Origin: Candidatus Poribacteria bacterium
GTDB lineage: Bacteria; Poribacteria; WGA-4E; WGA-3G
Assembly (NCBI GenBank): GCA_965205015.1
Contig: OZ242029.1
Coordinates: 3,360,001 to 3,424,000, forward strand
Direction: 5' to 3'
Length of the DNA: 64,000 nucleotides
Positions 60,146 through 64,000 of the stretch are shown piece after piece. The translations under genes and the position numbers were made by a program. The notes beneath the pieces were generated by a model. That model ran no database searches. It saw nothing but the letters and a program-made list of their open reading frames with translations, and was not told where the DNA came from. The first letter of the stretch is position 1. Each line of letters opens with the position of its first letter.

Positions 60146-62029
60146 TTGAAGAAAGTAATTATTGCTGCCGCCGTTGTTTTGGTCCTCGTCGTTGCCATCG
60201 GTTGGGTCGTCCTGGGCCGCGGGAGAAACGGGGCAGACCCATCTCTGGATAAAAAAATTGAAGTCGTTGAACGTGGCGATTTCCAAATGCGCATCAGTGC
60301 AACCGGCAACTTGGAACCGCTCATCGACGTAGAAATAAAATCCAACGTTGAAGGTGAAATCATCAGACTCCACGTTCAAAACAGCGATAAGGTTGAAAAA
60401 GGTCAAATATTACTGGAACTGGATCCCGAACTCTATGAAGAGGGAAAAAAACAGGCGCAAGCAGATGTAGCAGCTGCCAAAGCACAAGTCAGACAAGCAG
60501 AACTAAACATAGAACTCAAAAACGAGCGGCTTGACAGCCAACTCACGCAGTCTGACGCGGATCTGAAAATCGCTCAAGCCAACCTTGAGACCACCAAAGC
60601 CACAACTATCACACAAGTCAGTCAGGCGGAAACAAATGTCCAGACTACTCGCAACTCGCTTGCCCAGGATAGAATTGCTCTGGATCAAGCCGAGATCGCG
60701 CTTGCCCAGGCAAAAATTACGTTATCTGAAAATGAAGCGTCGCTCAGATCCGCAAAGGTTTCCTTGGATAACGCCAAGTCAGAACTGGATCGGAACACGG
60801 AACTCTTTGACAAGGGACTGGTTTCCAAAAAGGCGTTGGAAGATGCCCAGGCGCAGCACGCCACTTCAGAAGTCCAACACGAAAATGCTCAGAAGCGTGT
60901 AGATTCACAGGAACAAGCGATCACATCGCAAGAGCGAACCATAAGCACACGCGAGACTGCGATCGTAACACGTGAGGCAATATTAGCAAATGAGGAACGG
61001 AACCTTGAAAATCTGAAAAAAATGCGGCAGAAAGCGGAGGAAGAGGCACAACTTCGTGTCGACAACTCCGAAACGCAATTACACGAACTGATATCGACTT
61101 TCGACAATGAAAAATTGTTAACGCAGCAATCCAGGGTGAGTGCTGAAGCAAACAAACTTCGTAGAGAAAGTAATCTAAAAAATGAGGAAGAACGACTGGA
61201 TTGGACTACCATCAGGGCACCGATGGCTGGGATTGTCACGCTCCTTGAATTGGAGGAGGGGGAAATTGTGACTTCTGGACGCTCTGCCTTCTCGCAAAGT
61301 CCGCCCATTATGACGATTGTTGATCCTTCCAAAATGGTCGTCAAAACCTTCATCAACGAAGTCGATATGGAACGCCTACGCCTCGGCCAGCGCGCAGAAA
61401 TCAAGGTGGATGCTTACCAAACAAAAACTTATGACGGAAAAGTCTATGAAATTTCACCGAGTGGACAGGAACAGGATAACATCATCTCATTTGAAGTGAT
61501 GGTAGAAGTCAGTGGTTCCCCGGAGGAACTCCGCCCCGGCATGAGCGCGGATGTCGACATCATTACCTATGAGGAAAAGGGGGTCCTGCTGCTACCGATT
61601 GACGCCTTGGTAAACGAGCCTTCAGCGACCGTCACTGCACAGGTTGATGATACCAAACCGTATAAAGTAAATCAACCGATTGAAGTCCAGACGATCAGTG
61701 AGAAAATTTTCAGAGGCACTGTGACAAATGTGGGTTCCAACGATGTCACCATTAGTCTTGATAGTTCGCAACGCGGGATTCGTCCTGGCTCGACAACGTT
61801 ATCGCTTTTGGTGAAAGGGAAAAAGAAGGCAGACGGGGTACGTGCCACGATTAATATGTCGAAGGGAAAATCCGTTATGATCGATGACGGTGGCAGCAAA
61901 GGCAAACGGACAGAGGTTGAAACCGGCATGCAGAACGAAACACACGTAATTATCAAGAGCGGACTCAAGGCAGGGGACCGCGTCGTTCTACAGCAACGGA
62001 AACCGCCACAAGGTGGATTCGGTAGATAG
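60146..62029 (+). CDS. Efflux periplasmic adaptor (MacA/HlyD-like) with extended coiled coil
   Basis: N-terminal TM; VEIKSNVEGEI, TTIRAPMAGIV lipoyl halves; LRPGMSADV. Confidence 0.85.
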   Translation: MKKVIIAAAVVLVLVVAIGWVVLGRGRNGADPSLDKKIEVVERGDFQMRISATGNLEPLIDVEIKSNVEGEIIRLHVQNSDKVEKGQILLELDPELYEEGKKQAQADVAAAKAQVRQAELNIELKNERLDSQLTQSDADLKIAQANLETTKATTITQVSQAETNVQTTRNSLAQDRIALDQAEIALAQAKITLSENEASLRSAKVSLDNAKSELDRNTELFDKGLVSKKALEDAQAQHATSEVQHENAQKRVDSQEQAITSQERTISTRETAIVTREAILANEERNLENLKKMRQKAEEEAQLRVDNSETQLHELISTFDNEKLLTQQSRVSAEANKLRRESNLKNEEERLDWTTIRAPMAGIVTLLELEEGEIVTSGRSAFSQSPPIMTIVDPSKMVVKTFINEVDMERLRLGQRAEIKVDAYQTKTYDGKVYEISPSGQEQDNIISFEVMVEVSGSPEELRPGMSADVDIITYEEKGVLLLPIDALVNEPSATVTAQVDDTKPYKVNQPIEVQTISEKIFRGTVTNVGSNDVTISLDSSQRGIRPGSTTLSLLVKGKKKADGVRATINMSKGKSVMIDDGGSKGKRTEVETGMQNETHVIIKSGLKAGDRVVLQQRKPPQGGFGR

Positions 62030-62059
62030 AGAAAACCGACCAGTGATTTATCTGATTTA

Positions 62060-62133
62060 TGCTGATAGAAGGAGAGAATGGGAGGCTGGTAGATTGGGAG
62101 TAACCATCCTTCCAACTTTCCAACCTTCCAAGC
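62060..62133. repeat. Octamer inverted repeat (GGAAGG/CCTTCC-like) between convergent genes
   Basis: atagaagg ... gattggga / ccatcctt ccaacttt ccaacctt cca. Confidence 0.5.
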
Positions 62134-62182
62134 AATATAATTAGCATGGTAAATCACATAATCATATAAGTCAGAGTTCAGA

Positions 62183-62983
62183 CTATAGTTGAATTACCTG
62201 TCCATCATAGGCGAGGTAGGCATTGTCCGGGAGTTCAATGTCCATCTCTTCGCACTGCTCTGGGAAATAGCGATGATCCAGTCGGTGCATAATATGCGTA
62301 AAATAGGTTTCCCTCGGTTTTAGGGCAGCACTGATTTCCAATGCTTCACCAACTGAAAGATGTGTTGGATGTCTTGGGTTAAAACTCAACGCATCAATTA
62401 CCAACACCTCAATCCCATTCAGTAGATCTTGGGATGCCTTCGGCAATCGCTTCACATCTGGTAGATATCCGAAGTCGTTGATGCGATAGCCGTAAGTGGG
62501 AACGTTCCCGTGTTCGACTGGAATTGACAGAATATCGAAGCCATGCAACGCCAGTTGTTCCTTTTCTTCAATTACATTCGGTAGCAGATGTCCGACACCA
62601 CCCCCTTGGAAGGTCTCTTTTGTAAACATATAATCGAAGTTGCGTTGTAAGATGCGAATCGTCTGCTCAGGACCGTAGATAGGCATATCCATCTGCTGTT
62701 TTCGACACGGCATCACAATGTCGTTCGTTCCACTGACATGGTCGGCATGTGAGTGTGTGAAGATAACGGCATCTATCCGCTCAATCCGATTCCGGACAAT
62801 TTGGTCCATGAAATTGGGGCCGAGGTCGAATTGGAGGTGCTTCCCATCTTTCTCAATATGGACGGATGAACGGGTCCGGTAGTTTTTCGAGTTGACATCC
62901 CGCGCGTCTTCACAGGTTTCGCAGTCGCATTTGTACTCAGGAACGCCTGTTGAGGTGCCTGAACCCAAAATCGTAATCTTCAT
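62183..62983 (-). CDS. MBL-fold phosphodiesterase (PhnP-like)
   Basis: LGSGTSTGVP..C.C..C, THSHADH, HPTH, THIMH, AYDG. Confidence 0.88.
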   Translation of the reverse strand: MKITILGSGTSTGVPEYKCDCETCEDARDVNSKNYRTRSSVHIEKDGKHLQFDLGPNFMDQIVRNRIERIDAVIFTHSHADHVSGTNDIVMPCRKQQMDMPIYGPEQTIRILQRNFDYMFTKETFQGGGVGHLLPNVIEEKEQLALHGFDILSIPVEHGNVPTYGYRINDFGYLPDVKRLPKASQDLLNGIEVLVIDALSFNPRHPTHLSVGEALEISAALKPRETYFTHIMHRLDHRYFPEQCEEMDIELPDNAYLAYDGQVIQL

Positions 62984-63015
62984 GTTTTTCCTACTTTAAG
63001 ATGCCTCACTGTGGG

Positions 63016-63078
63016 AGCAGTTGCCAGTTACAAGAGGATTTTGTTAAACAAAATCCTCTTCACTGAAAACTGTTAACT
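63016..63078. repeat. Heptamer palindromic element
   Basis: cagttacAAGAGGATTTTGTtaaACAAAATCCTCTTcactgaaaactg. Confidence 0.75.
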
Positions 63079-63083
63079 ATCAA

Positions 63084-63848
63084 ATGACTAAACTTACACC
63101 CCAAGAATGTCTCACACTGGCTGATCTTCTTGGCGACACTCCAATGACGGTTATCGCTGTGTCCCGCTTGAAACAGGAAGCGTGCGATGCCTATATCGCT
63201 GGATCGCTATCAAATAATGTTGATGCCGCTATCGTTTTTGATGCGTACTGCTCGGACGAACCCGCGGGTTTCGGCACCGATGCCGGGGCACTGTGGCAAC
63301 TTTTGAAAGCGCTCGATGGATGGGGTTGTATCAACGTTGACAACGCCTGTGCTGCATCTCTCGGTGGACTCATTGAAGCCGACAGAGGTGCATCCATCCG
63401 TTATTATGGTGATGTCTATCATGCACTCTTAGTGCCTGTCCACTCCTATCCAAACGAGGCGGTTCGTCTTTTGACCTTAGGAGATACTGAGCGTTTGGCA
63501 AAGGCGCCGACGGAAGTCCAAGGCAACGGTTACAAAACGCCCGAAGCGATGCTAACATATGGTATTGCCGCTGGCGCCATTGTAGATGACAACATTGTCG
63601 CCATCGCGCATACCTATGCAGAGACTGAGCTACATGCTGACATCGGTGTTTCGACGGTCGAGCAGTGGCGCGAAGACGGATTTGCTACCGCCGCGGCATC
63701 CCTCGTCGCCGAAGAGATTCAGGCAAAAGGTAAGGTGCCCGCCTGGAGTTGTGGTGAAGACAACTTCGCCTCGCTTCGTGTGGCAGAGAAACTCGGATTC
63801 ATTGAAGTTGGTCGGCGCACGTATGTCATCCCCGTTTCACCAGAATAG
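63084..63848 (+). CDS. GNAT family N-acetyltransferase
   Basis: IGVSTVEQWREDGFA, NFASLRVAEKLGF. Confidence 0.8.
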   Translation: MTKLTPQECLTLADLLGDTPMTVIAVSRLKQEACDAYIAGSLSNNVDAAIVFDAYCSDEPAGFGTDAGALWQLLKALDGWGCINVDNACAASLGGLIEADRGASIRYYGDVYHALLVPVHSYPNEAVRLLTLGDTERLAKAPTEVQGNGYKTPEAMLTYGIAAGAIVDDNIVAIAHTYAETELHADIGVSTVEQWREDGFATAAASLVAEEIQAKGKVPAWSCGEDNFASLRVAEKLGFIEVGRRTYVIPVSPE

Positions 63849-63855
63849 GGATTCC

Positions 63856-64000
63856 TTATCCGAGGGCATCGTCCACTTTATTGATTGCGGCTGCCATCAA
63901 TCGCGCATGCTCTTCCTGCATATTCACGTTAAACCCAAATCGCAGCGCACGCCCGAGAATTGACAAGGTCTGTGGGCACATATCCCGAGAGTACTCAACA
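63856..64000 (-). CDS. C-terminal fragment of a gene entering from the right, possibly DegT/DnrJ/EryC1/StrS aminotransferase
   Basis: Manual translation VEYSRDMCPQTLSILGRALRFGFNVNMQEEHARLMAAAINKVDDALG*. Confidence 0.45.
   Translation of the reverse strand, partial: VEYSRDMCPQTLSILGRALRFGFNVNMQEEHARLMAAAINKVDDALG

Overview
A 64-kb bacterial chromosomal window, probably from Candidatus Poribacteria. That taxonomy is inferred from the LamG protein with a C-terminal 'GKLTTTWGALK' tail, dockerin/ankyrin fusions and the repeat landscape; it was not checked against a database. Core genes: fabD-fabG-acpP-fabF-folK, sucC-pgk-proS-sucD-panB, hisI-trpE-trpG, purE, pdxA, six tRNAs followed by tig-clpP-clpX-lon, and a MacAB-like exporter cluster. 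Accessory parts: a cobalamin-riboswitch-led three-gene surface/membrane locus, a defence-like island (PLD-SNF2 helicase, split type IIG R-M, HD dNTPase, YwgA-like protein, XRE), a CotH-ankyrin fusion and a 2,190-aa C25/PorU-like protease. Highlights not in the ORF track: (1) a 33-aa leader peptide with HWHWWR, plus antiterminator and terminator, upstream of hisI-trpE-trpG, i.e. a probable dual His/Trp attenuator; (2) a C10 tract that switches the type IIG R-M gene out of frame; (3) intergenic palindromic repeat families inserted in frame inside pdxA and the C25 protease; (4) a dispersed ~90-nt element whose conserved 3' end abuts start codons; (5) an RHH + 65-aa gene pair with an 8-bp-period operator array.
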